A DNA stretch of 64,000 nt from an uncultured delta proteobacterium (GTDB lineage: Bacteria > Myxococcota > Kuafuiibacteriia > Kuafuiibacteriales > Kuafuiibacteriaceae), in the NCBI GenBank assembly GCA_963803435.1, contig CAWDML010000001.1, positions 224,001 to 288,000 on the forward strand, read 5' to 3'. A program made the translations under genes and the position numbers. How positions within the stretch are numbered: position 1 is the first letter of the stretch; each line of letters begins with the position of its first letter. Under the pieces are notes generated by a model. The model did no database searches and had not been told where the DNA came from. It worked only from the letters and a program-made list of their open reading frames with translations. Shown one piece after another: positions 30,180 through 39,675 of this stretch.

Positions 30180-31463
30180 GTGGGAATGGAGTCGATCCGA
30201 ATCACCGGCATCATTCCGGCGAGCCCGGACCGGGTCTACCAGGCCTGGTTGGACAGTGACGAACACGCGAAGTTCACGGGGAGCACGGCGGAGGTCGACC
30301 CTGAGGTCGGCGGGCTGCACTCGGCCTACGACGGCTATATCAGCGGCAAGATCCTCGAGCTGGATCCGAGCAGTCGGATCGTGCAGTCCTGGCGCACACA
30401 GCAGTTCAAAGACGGGGATCCGGATTCGCGCCTGGAGGTGGTGCTGGAGGGCCGGGAGGACGGCTCTACGAGTATCACCTTCAACCACACCGGCATCCCG
30501 GACGGCCAGGGCTCCATGTACGAGCAGGGCTGGCTGGACCACTACCTGACCAAGATGCGGGCCTACTTCGGGGAGACGCAAGCCGTTCCCGACGACCAGG
30601 ACGAGCCGGTGCCGATCTCCATGATGGAGGCGCCGCGCCGCAAGCTGGATCCCGAGTCGCGCAAGCGCCTGGCCGCAGAGGAGAAGGAGCGGAAGCGCCT
30701 CGAGAAAGAGGCTGAGAAGCAGAAGAAGCTCGAGGCCAAGGAGGCGGAGCGCCAGAAGAAGCTCGAGGCCAAGGAGGCGGAGCGCCAGAAGAAGCTCGAG
30801 GAGAAGGAGCAGAAGCGCCTCGCCGCCGAGAAGAAGAAGGAAGACGAGCGGGCGAAGCGCGAGCGCGACAAGGAGAAGAAGCGTCTCGCCGCGGAGAAGA
30901 AGCGCCAGGCCGCCGAGGACAAGAAGGCCCGGGAGCGCGAGAAGAAGGAAAAGGCCGCGGAGAAGAAGCGTCTCGCCGCCGAGAAGAAGAAGGAAGCGGC
31001 GCAGAAGAAGAAGGACGCCGAGCGACAGAAGCGCGAGCAGGCCGCCGAGAAGAAGCGGGCCGCCGCAGCGAAGAAGAAGGCCGCCGCCGACAAGAAGCGC
31101 GAGCAGGAACGGATCCGGAAGGAGAAGGACCGCGAGCGGAAGCGCATCGCCGCAGCGAAGGCGAAGGCGGCCGCGGAGAAGAAGCGCGCGCAGGAGAAGA
31201 AGCGGAAGGACGCCCAGAAGAAGGCCGGCCCCGCCAAGAAGGCGGGTCAGAAGACCGGGGCCAAGAAGGCCGGAAAGAAGACCGGCGCCAAGAAGGCCGC
31301 CAAGAAGCCCGGCGCGAAAAAGGCCAAGAAGGCCGGCGCCAAGAAGGCGACCAAGAAGGTCGCCAAGAAGGCCCGTCCCAAGAAGGCCGGCCGAAAGACC
31401 GCGCCACAGGCCAAAGCCGCCAAGAAGGCGGCGGTCAAGACCGCCTCCAAGAAGACCAAGTAG
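30180..31463 (+). CDS. SRPBCC/AHSA1 domain fused to a K/E/R coiled coil and a histone-H1-like Lys/Ala tail
   Basis: VY.AWLDS..H..FTG, G..LELDP..RIVQSWR, H.GIP and GW..HY motifs; then more than 250 aa of K/E/A/R low-complexity sequence ending in AKKA repeats; includes a 33-bp internal repeat (QKKLEAKEAER) at 30720-30800. Confidence 0.85.
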   Translation: MGMESIRITGIIPASPDRVYQAWLDSDEHAKFTGSTAEVDPEVGGLHSAYDGYISGKILELDPSSRIVQSWRTQQFKDGDPDSRLEVVLEGREDGSTSITFNHTGIPDGQGSMYEQGWLDHYLTKMRAYFGETQAVPDDQDEPVPISMMEAPRRKLDPESRKRLAAEEKERKRLEKEAEKQKKLEAKEAERQKKLEAKEAERQKKLEEKEQKRLAAEKKKEDERAKRERDKEKKRLAAEKKRQAAEDKKAREREKKEKAAEKKRLAAEKKKEAAQKKKDAERQKREQAAEKKRAAAAKKKAAADKKREQERIRKEKDRERKRIAAAKAKAAAEKKRAQEKKRKDAQKKAGPAKKAGQKTGAKKAGKKTGAKKAAKKPGAKKAKKAGAKKATKKVAKKARPKKAGRKTAPQAKAAKKAAVKTASKKTK

Positions 31464-31468
31464 AGGGG

Positions 31469-32113
31469 TTGAGTCTGGCGCAGGTTCCAGACACCCGGGT
31501 CTCGACGCTCGAGATGGGCGCGATCCGGCTCGAGCTCGAGCAAGTGGCGGAGCTGGGCGTCCTGGCCCGCTCGAGCCTGGTCGAGAAGACCGATCCCTAC
31601 TGGGCCTATCTGTGGCCCAGCGCCCGCGCGCTGGCCCAGGTCGTGGCCCGCCTCCCCGACCTCGAAGGACGGCGCGTGATCGATCTCGGCTGCGGGCTCG
31701 GTGCGGTCGGGCTCACGGCGGCCAAGCGGGGTGCGCACGTGGTCCTGGCGGACATCCGCGAGGAGGCGCTGGAGCTGGTCCACCGCAACGCCGCCCGAAA
31801 CGGGCTGGAGGTCGAGACCCGACAGCTGGACTTCTCCGATCCGCCCGGCGACCTGGGGACGTTCGACTCCATCCTGGCCGCCGACGTCCTCTACGCCGAC
31901 GGCATGCTGCGATCGGTCATCCGGTTCATTCGGCGCCACCTGGCGCCGGACGGGCTGGCGATGCTGACCGATCCGATGCGGATCGCCGAGGGCGGCGTCG
32001 CTGGGGCCTGCCGCCTCCATGGGCTGGACGCGATCGATTCGCTGCTGGTCCCGGGCCGCACGCTCACGGGGGGCGTGGTCCTCTACGAGATCCAGCGGCG
32101 CGTCCGGCGCTGA
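31469..32113 (+). CDS. Class I SAM methyltransferase, lysine-methyltransferase (METTL21/MTF16)-like
   Basis: PYWAYLWPSARALA, VIDLGCGLG, LD(F) and FD.ILAADVLY motifs. Confidence 0.82.
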   Translation: MSLAQVPDTRVSTLEMGAIRLELEQVAELGVLARSSLVEKTDPYWAYLWPSARALAQVVARLPDLEGRRVIDLGCGLGAVGLTAAKRGAHVVLADIREEALELVHRNAARNGLEVETRQLDFSDPPGDLGTFDSILAADVLYADGMLRSVIRFIRRHLAPDGLAMLTDPMRIAEGGVAGACRLHGLDAIDSLLVPGRTLTGGVVLYEIQRRVRR

Positions 32114-33666
32114 CCCGTGCACCGAGGGCGGCCTCGATCTCGGCAGGTCCGAAGCGCGGCGGCGCGGCGTCGCCGTAGCAGGCCTTGAACCAGTCGCAGA
32201 GCACCAGATCGTGGACCTGGCGGGCCGTGAAGCGACCGTCGCGCTCCAGTCGCCGCACCGCTCCCTCGACCGACCGATCCAGCGAGAAGCGCGCCCGGCG
32301 CGGGCGGTCCGGACGGTTTCGGAAGAGCAGCACCAGATCGGCCTTGGGCGAGGTCGTGTTCTTCTCGGTCACCGCCGGCGCCGAGCGCGACAGCGGCGCG
32401 ACGCCCTCGAGAGAGAAGCCAGCGCCGCGACACGCGCGCATCAACGCCTCCCAGACCTCGATCTCCTTGTTGTTGAACGTCACCGCCATCAAGCCGTCGC
32501 GCCGGAGCGCCTCCGAGGTCGCGACGAAGACCCTCGCCAGGCCGTCGGCGTAGAAGCGCTCGTCCTTCTCCTGGAAGGGATTGAAGGCAATCTCGCGCTC
32601 CATCCGATGGCGGCCGCCGAGCCAGAGGTTCCAGAGCATCGACAGCTCCCCGTACTGGATCCCTTCGCCGCCGTACGGCGGAATCCGTGAAGACGAAGTC
32701 GATGGAGCCGGGCTCGACGCGACGGGCGAGCTGCTCGGCGGCGTCCCCCAGGAACACGCGGGCGTCCGTCTCCCTGGCACCGCTCGCGCGCAGCGCCCGC
32801 CTCATGTCGGCGACAGCCGCGCGGGTCTTCGCATAGCGATTGGTGAAGTAGTGCCAGACGTCGAGGTCCTGCCAGACGCGCGGCACCCAGTACGAGTTGA
32901 GCTTCCAGCTGGGTCCGCCGGCGGCGCCCGAGAAGTCCGCGATCATCCGCGTGCACTGCGCGAGGTTGGCGGTGAAGGTGAGCGACAGGAGCTCGCGACA
33001 TCGGCGATCGGCGGTGCGGTCGATGGCGCGGCGCAGGTGGGCGACCGCGAAGAGATTCCTGGGCGTGAACAGATCCGAGAAGCGCTCCAGGCCGGCGCGG
33101 CGAAGCTTCTGCATCTGCCAGCCGAAGAACAGGGGAGCGTCCGGGTACTCGGGCATGCGGAAGTCCGTGCGGAGGGCGCGCGCGCGCTCATCCCGACGGA
33201 TCGGGCGCTCGCGAACCTTGCGCGAGCAGGCGCAGGCGAGCTTCACGCGGGTCGGCGCCTTGCCGTCGAACACGGTCGAGACCACCTCGGCGCGGCCGCC
33301 GCAGCAATCGCAGGTCGTCTTGCGCAAGGGATCGAGCAACGGCAGTAGCTCGGCTCGGATGGCCTCGAAGGCAGCGTCCAGGCGCTCCACCGGGACCGTG
33401 CGGAGTCGCGTGCGCGCGATGTGCACGGCGATGGGGTTGAGATCGATGCCGACGGCGCGGCGCCCGGCGAGGAGCGCCTCGGCGATCGAGACGCCGCTCC
33501 CGCAGAAGGGATCGAGGACGCACTCTCCGGGACGGCTGAAGGCAGCGATGTACGCAGCGATGACGTTCGCAGGCTTCTTGCCCCAGTACTTGTGCAGCCG
33601 GTAGCGCGGCGGAAACGTCTCGGCCTCGACCAGGGGGAGCTCGATTCCCGTGCTTCGCCCACCCAT
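32064..33666 (-). CDS. Amino (m6A/m4C) DNA methyltransferase with a Cys-rich insert; frameshift near 32683
   Basis: HKYWGKKP, motif I VLDPFCGSG, GIDLNP and CDCC..CAC. Deleting one base at GAATC 32681-32685 restores FTDPPY and joins ORF 32064..32780. Confidence 0.85.
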
Positions 33667-33682
33667 CCGCGCTCGGTCGCGC

Positions 33683-36212
33683 ATGGTAGCACACCGAGCT
33701 ATCGTCGATGGGTTGGCGGAGCTTCTGATCGAGCTCGAGCGCGCGCATCTCGATCCGGCGCGCCCGCATCTCGCCCGCGCGCGGCGGGTGGTGAAGGGCG
33801 CGCGGACGGGACGAGAGGCGTGGGAGCGCCTCCGGAGCGAGGGCCTGGTACCGCCCGGCGAGCGGCTGTTCCGGGTGACCGCGCGGGAGCTGGCGAGAGC
33901 GGAGGAGCGCCCGGAGGACCTCCGCCGGCTCAACCTCAGCCACGTCTCGGCGACGCCGCACGCGCAGGCGCTCGCGTACCCCGCCACCCCCGAGGCCGCG
34001 GCGCTCTACGCCTCGACCGGGCTCCTCGCGATCGCGGAGCTGCATGCCCGCGCCTTCGTGGCCCGGCTGGAGGCCTTCCGGTTCCTCCTCGAGCGCGACC
34101 CACCGGCGGGCGCACGCGCCCCGATCTGGCGCCTGCTGGGCTCGCCCGCGGCCCGACCGACCGACGGCCCCTCGATCTGCGACGTCGAGGGAGCCCACCT
34201 GCTGGCAGAGCTCGCAAGCCAGCTTGCGTCGACCCAACTCCCATCGCCTGGCGTGATCCGGTTCTTCGCAGCGCTCACCCATGCGACCGCCTCCCAGCTG
34301 TGGGCGCGGGCCGAACGCCCGATCCCGGCGCAGCTCAGACTGGGCGCGCGCCTGATCCCGACGCCGGCGCGCCTGATCGGCGTCCGCCTGGTGCACTTCG
34401 CCAACCCGTTCGAGCCGCTGGTCGAGATCTCGGCGTCTGGGCCTGGGGATCCGCCGTCTCTCACGGGAGACGATGCTCTTGTACGTGCCCCATCCCGCGC
34501 CGCGATCCAGCCCGGCCGGCGCCCGCGTGCAGCACGCCGCCGAGGACGAGCTCCGGCGCGCGGTGCTGGCGGCGGACGCGCGGCGCGCGGTGGAGTGCCT
34601 CGAGCGCGGTGTCGACGGCGACGCCGAGGACGCGCGCGGTCGCAACACGCTCCACTGTGCGATCTTCGCCGGGCACCGAACGCAGGTTGCCTTGCTCTCG
34701 GCGCTGCTGGCCTCGGGCGCGGATCCGTATCGGCAGGACGACGACGGCATGACCCCGCTGGCGGCGGCGGTCGCCCGCGACGAGCGCCGGCTGGTGAACG
34801 CGCTCCTCGATCTGGGGATCGAGCTCGACCATCGGCTCGGCGGCGGGCGTTCCATGCTCCACGTGGCGGCGAGGAGCGGCTCCGCGCGGGCGATCGATCT
34901 CCTGGTCGCGCGCGGGCTGGATCCCGATGTTCGCTGCCTCCGCGGGCGCACGCCCCTGCACGAGGCTGCCGGCAGCCGCGCCTCCTACGCGCACGAGGCG
35001 ATCCGCGCGCTGATCGATCGCGGTGCGGATCCGAACGCGCGCGACCGCTTCGGTTGGACGCCGCTCCACGCTGCGGCCGTGAATCCGTACGGCGGCACGG
35101 CCCTGGCTGAGCTGCTGGTGGAGCGCGGCGCCCAGGCGCTCCCCGACCGGGGCGGGCGCCTCCCCTCCGACCTCGCCACCGGTGAATCGCTGACCGCCGC
35201 GGTCCAGCGTGCGCCCCGGGGCGTGGCCACGCCGCTCGATCCGCTCCCGGAGCCGGCGCGACACCCCGGGCTGGAAGACGCGATCCACGCGGCCCCCGGC
35301 GATGCCGAGCCCTGGTCGGTCTACGCCGATTGGCTGGCGTCTGAAGGCGATCCTCGCGCTGAGCTCATCCAGCTCGGCCTGGCCGTCGGGCGCGCCCGGG
35401 GAAAGAGCCGCGATCGACTCCGTCGCGAGCTCCGGCTCGCCCTCGAGGATCGGCAGTTCGAGCTCCTCGGCGAGCTCCAGAGGATCGACGCGACCATCGC
35501 GGCTCGACCGAGCCGGGCCTACGGGTTCGAGCACGGCTTCCTCACGCGACTCGATCACCGCGGCACCGTCACCACCCTGCGCGCCATCCTCATCACGCAC
35601 GCGGCGCGCTTTCTCACGCATCTGTCCGCCCCCGGCGCGCAGAGCGTGGTGGGCCTCCTCCGGTCGATGGGCTCCTCGAGCCTGGCCTCGCTGGCGCTCG
35701 CGATGCCGGCCCCGCCGCTCGACGCCTCGCTGGCCGCGGCCCTCCCCAGGGTGCGCCGGCTCGACCTGGGCGGAATCCTGCCACGCTCGATCGTCTGGCC
35801 CGGACTGGAGGCGCTCACCTTCGTCGGACAGGGGGTCCGCGCCGACGGGCCATCGCACCTCGACGCGGAGCTGCCTGATCTGCGCCACCTCCGGCTGGTC
35901 GTCCCGGAGGCGCGCGATCGCCCGCGCCTGCTCGCCCTCGCCCGCGCCTCGCTTCCCCGCGTGACGACCCTGGGCTTCGTCGGCCCGGCGGAGGCCTTCC
36001 GGGAGATCGCGCACGCCGAATGGTTCGGTCGGATCGAGCGGATCGAGCCCATCCGCGTGGGGGCCGAGGCCCTCGGATGGTTGGAGCGGATCATCGCTGA
36101 ACTTCCCCAGCTCGAACGCATTCGGATCGTGGCGCCCCGGCTCAGCCTGGCCTCGAAGCGCGCGCTGGCGGACCGCCTCTCGGCGCTGGGTCCCAAGGTC
36201 CGCGTGTCGTGA
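33683..36212 (+). CDS. Multidomain protein: unknown N-terminal domain, ankyrin repeats, TIGR02996-like domain and LRR-like tail; frameshift near 34431
   Basis: Removing one C gives NPFEPLVEIWRLGLGIRRLSRETMLLYV, fusing the 33650 and 34473 ORFs. GRNTLH, GMTPL, GRTPLH and GWTPLH ankyrin repeats; AI.AAP.D..PW.VYADWL...GDPRAELI.L. Confidence 0.75.
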
Positions 36213-36263
36213 AGGGTGAGCAGGATCCACCACCGTCGACGGGCGGGCGGGGACCTCTCTACA

Positions 36264-36956
36264 ATGATCGGATTGAGCCTGAGGGGTGAGCTGCAAGCCA
36301 TGGTGTTCGGTGGAGTGGTGCCCTCGGCGCAGCGCTCCTCGGTGTTCGAGCTCCATCGTCGCGCGCTGTTGCCGGCCGCGCTCGTCTTTCACACGGCGGC
36401 GATCGGGCTGCCGTTTCTCTTGACCGCGCCCGGCCTCTTCCTGGGCTGGCTCCCCGGCGCGGCGCTCGGCTCGCTGGTCGGGCTCGGGTTGACGTTCTCG
36501 ATGCTCAACCGCGGCGCGCTGATCGGGAACGCGCGGCTCGAGCGCAGGCTCCGCTCACGGCTGATGGCGTTCACCGACCGGCTCGAGTTCGTCGGCATCT
36601 GCGAGCTCGAGAACAACACGCTCGAGCGGCGGATCCGCCGCTTCGAGACGGACGACAACGTCGGGCTGCTGGCGGTCACCGACGAGAAGCTCGTCGTCCT
36701 CACCGAGGACGGCAAGATCGAGGTCTTCCGGGAGGACGTCTCGTCGGTCACGCTCGAGCCGCTCCCCGACTATCCGCGGCTCTCCTGGGTCCGGATCGAG
36801 TTCGATCGTGGTGAGGAACGCCAGGGCTTCTTGCTGATGTCGCGGGACGCGAAAAACCTGGAAGAGATTCGATCACACACCCAGGTGCTGTTCCGTCGAT
36901 TGGTGCAATGGCACTGGGAAAGTCAGCTTGCATGGCTCGAAAAGTCGCGCACCTGA
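36264..36956 (+). CDS. Hypothetical membrane protein (start uncertain, 36216-36300)
   Basis: Two hydrophobic helices followed by a PH-like beta-rich region; fills the gap with normal codon bias. Confidence 0.65.
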   Translation: MIGLSLRGELQAMVFGGVVPSAQRSSVFELHRRALLPAALVFHTAAIGLPFLLTAPGLFLGWLPGAALGSLVGLGLTFSMLNRGALIGNARLERRLRSRLMAFTDRLEFVGICELENNTLERRIRRFETDDNVGLLAVTDEKLVVLTEDGKIEVFREDVSSVTLEPLPDYPRLSWVRIEFDRGEERQGFLLMSRDAKNLEEIRSHTQVLFRRLVQWHWESQLAWLEKSRT

Positions 36957-36998
36957 GCGGGTGACCCTCAATCCGGCCCGTGCTAGGAGAAGGGGCCG

Positions 36999-38165
36999 AT
37001 GGGGAGCGCGCTGGAGCACGCCTTCGGGAAGCACTTCATAGTTCGGGCCCCGGTCCCGGCCACGGTCAACCGCGGGCAGGCGAACTATAAGAGTGAAATC
37101 GGTCACATGGAGTTCTTTCCCCGGGTCGCCTACGAGGAGTGGCTGGGCGTCCTGGAGGGCATCCGGCGCCTGGGCGGAGACGCCATCTTCGAGTTCGAGC
37201 CCGAGGACGAGCCCTTCCTCGGCCACGAGACCCTGGTGGTCGACGGCGACGGCTACCTTCGCCCGCTCGGCTCTGCGGAGATCCTCGGCGAGATCGAGGA
37301 CCTCATGACGGGACGAGTGTTCGCGGCGAACGGTCCGTGGATCGTGCGCGCGGACTCGACCCTGCGGGCGGTGCTCCCGAACATGATCGAGCATCGCAAG
37401 CAAGAGAACGCATACTTCTCGCGGGTGCTCTGGAAGCTCGCGGAGCAGGCCGGCCTCGATCTGGTGATCGCCGACAACCCGAACCGCTGGGAGGGCATGG
37501 CGGACGTGGCGCCGATCCGCGATCGCGTGCTGCTGACGTTCACCGTCCGCGGGCACTACGCCAACAACGGCGACGCCGGCGACAAGGTCCTCCGCTCCTC
37601 CAAGAAGGGGCTCAAGTACGCCGCCGACTTTGTCGGGGTGCCCGAGTCCAAGCGCATCTACGCCGAGCTGGTCTATCCGCACTTCCACGGCGACACCGTC
37701 CACTTCGTGGTGCGCGCCGGCGATGCCGAGCCCGTGCTGGTGCAGTTCCCGGGTGGTCTCTTCGCGGGCGAGGCGCAGAAGATCCGGGATCAGCTCGGGC
37801 CCGACGCCGTCGTCGAGATCGAGCGGGACGACACCACCACCGGCGCCTTCGCCGCCAACTCGCGCCAGGTCGGTAAGGGCCTGCTGGTGCCGCAGGGCGT
37901 CTCGGATCGTTTCCTGGGCGCGATGGAAGCGCTCGGCCTCCATCCGAGACGCGTCCGCGTGAACGAGCTCTTCGGCAAGGCCGGCGGTGGTCCCGCCTGC
38001 GCGATGCTCCCGATCCCGGCGAACGTGCCGATCCCGGACAACTCTCCGCTGCGCTACTCGGTGATCCGCGAGCTGGTGGCGGGACGGCGCGACCGCATTC
38101 CGACGCGCCTCATGGTGTCGTCGGAGTTCTACGAGTCCAGAAGCCCGGCGGTCGTTCGAGACTGA
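36999..38165 (+). CDS. Pentein (amidinotransferase/DDAH-like) family protein
   Basis: VFAAN, WEGMAD, FHGDT, FAANS and ELFGKAGGGPAC motifs (Asp/Glu-His-Cys pattern). Confidence 0.7.
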   Translation: MGSALEHAFGKHFIVRAPVPATVNRGQANYKSEIGHMEFFPRVAYEEWLGVLEGIRRLGGDAIFEFEPEDEPFLGHETLVVDGDGYLRPLGSAEILGEIEDLMTGRVFAANGPWIVRADSTLRAVLPNMIEHRKQENAYFSRVLWKLAEQAGLDLVIADNPNRWEGMADVAPIRDRVLLTFTVRGHYANNGDAGDKVLRSSKKGLKYAADFVGVPESKRIYAELVYPHFHGDTVHFVVRAGDAEPVLVQFPGGLFAGEAQKIRDQLGPDAVVEIERDDTTTGAFAANSRQVGKGLLVPQGVSDRFLGAMEALGLHPRRVRVNELFGKAGGGPACAMLPIPANVPIPDNSPLRYSVIRELVAGRRDRIPTRLMVSSEFYESRSPAVVRD

Positions 38166-39607
38166 GCCGCCTTCTTCGTGATCCGAGCGATCGCCGCCTT
38201 GAGCGCGTTCGCGCCGACCGGCTTCTCCAGGAGCTGATTGGCGACCGTCCCGGCGAAGGTGCGCGCGCGGGGCGTGAAGGCGCCGCCGCTGCAGAAGATG
38301 ATCCGCGGGATGAGATCGGGCGCGGTGCGCGCGAGCTCCTCGTAGATCATCGGTCCGTCGACGTGCGGCATCATCAGATCACAGATGACCGCGTCGAAGT
38401 TTGGGTCGTAACGCAAGAGCTCGAGCGCCTCCTCGCCCCCCGCCGCGGTGACGACCTCGCACGAGTCGGCGAGCATGCGACGGTAAGCCTTGAGGAGCAG
38501 CGTCTCGTCGTCGATGAGGAGAACGCGCGCGCCCCTGGGGACCTCGGCCTTGTCTTCGTCGACCGGCTTCGCGCGCAGCGGGACCTCGGCTGCGAGGCCG
38601 GTGTGCAGCGGCAAGAGCACGTCGAAGCGCGTGCCGCGGTCCACCTGGGTGACCATCCGGAGATCGCCCCGGTGATGGCGCACGATGTCGACGCAGACCG
38701 GGAGCCCCAGCCCCACATTCTTCGGACCCGACTTGGTGGTGAAGAAGGGCTCGAACACCAGGTGCTGGACCTCCTTGGGGATGCCGGGGCCCGAGTCGAT
38801 CACCGAGATCACGATCTGATCGCCGGCGAGCTCGGTGCGGATCTCGACGAAGTGGTGTCCGGCCGCGCCCTCCTCGATCGCCTCCGCGGAGTTCATGAGA
38901 AGGTTGACCATCACCTGGGTGAGCCGGCCGCGATCGGCGGCGATCACAGGTACGTCGCCCAACGCCTTGATGAGCCGCGCCCGGTGACGGACCTGGTTGT
39001 AGACGATGCTACAGGCGGCGTTGACAACCTCGTTGATCTGCACGGCCTCGACGCGGTCCTGATCGAGCTGCGAGAAGTCCATCAGGTTCCGGACGATCGA
39101 GCTGATCCGGCTCATGCCCTGGAGATTCTCGGAGATGATCTCGCGCGCCTCGCCGAGCAGCCGCTCCAGCTCGACCTTCGGCGGCTGCGGGGCGAGCGCC
39201 AGGATCGAGACAGCGTCGACGACCTCCCGGAGGACCTGGAGGTTGGCCGCCACGTAGGCAGCCGGGTTGTTCACTTCATGGGCGACCCCGGCGGCGAGCT
39301 GCGCCATTCCCAGGACGAGCTCGGATTTGCGCTGCTGCGCTTCGGCGTGAATGGGATCGTGCTCCGGCGAAAGGTCCACCGTCTCTTTCGCCCCCGGATC
39401 ATGACCGTCGGTCGTCAGGACGGTCGTGCGAGCCCGCATGCGAATGCGGCGCACCAGGTCCGCCGATTGGCTGGGAACCAGCACCAGCTCGCAGGGCTCG
39501 GCGAGCGCGCGCTCGAGCTCCAAGAGCGGCACCTCGAGGACCTCGAACCGAGGATCTGCGCGCCAGCCGTCGGGGATCGTCGCACCGACCAGCGCCACTA
39601 TTCGCAT
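38129..39607 (-). CDS. Hybrid sensor histidine kinase / response regulator
   Basis: AHEVNNP H-box, QVMVNLLMN, D.GPGI, FEPFFTTK and GLGL; C-terminal receiver LLIDD..CDLMMP..KP. Confidence 0.93.
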   Translation of the reverse strand: MRIVALVGATIPDGWRADPRFEVLEVPLLELERALAEPCELVLVPSQSADLVRRIRMRARTTVLTTDGHDPGAKETVDLSPEHDPIHAEAQQRKSELVLGMAQLAAGVAHEVNNPAAYVAANLQVLREVVDAVSILALAPQPPKVELERLLGEAREIISENLQGMSRISSIVRNLMDFSQLDQDRVEAVQINEVVNAACSIVYNQVRHRARLIKALGDVPVIAADRGRLTQVMVNLLMNSAEAIEEGAAGHHFVEIRTELAGDQIVISVIDSGPGIPKEVQHLVFEPFFTTKSGPKNVGLGLPVCVDIVRHHRGDLRMVTQVDRGTRFDVLLPLHTGLAAEVPLRAKPVDEDKAEVPRGARVLLIDDETLLLKAYRRMLADSCEVVTAAGGEEALELLRYDPNFDAVICDLMMPHVDGPMIYEELARTAPDLIPRIIFCSGGAFTPRARTFAGTVANQLLEKPVGANALKAAIARITKKAAQSRTTAGLLDS

Positions 39608-39675
39608 CGGCTGGAGCACGATGACGCACCCTTCGGCGCGTCCGGTCGAACCTTGAGTCTTCCCGTGCGATCGGG

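Noticed and set aside
30660-31460. Non-coding purine-rich repeat tract
   Set aside because: Fully explained by Lys/Glu/Ala codons (AAG, GAG, GCC) in the SRPBCC fusion protein.
32064-36212. Restriction-modification or anti-phage island (methyltransferase plus ankyrin protein)
   Set aside because: No nuclease, ATPase or helicase motif in the neighbours, and composition matches the rest of the window.
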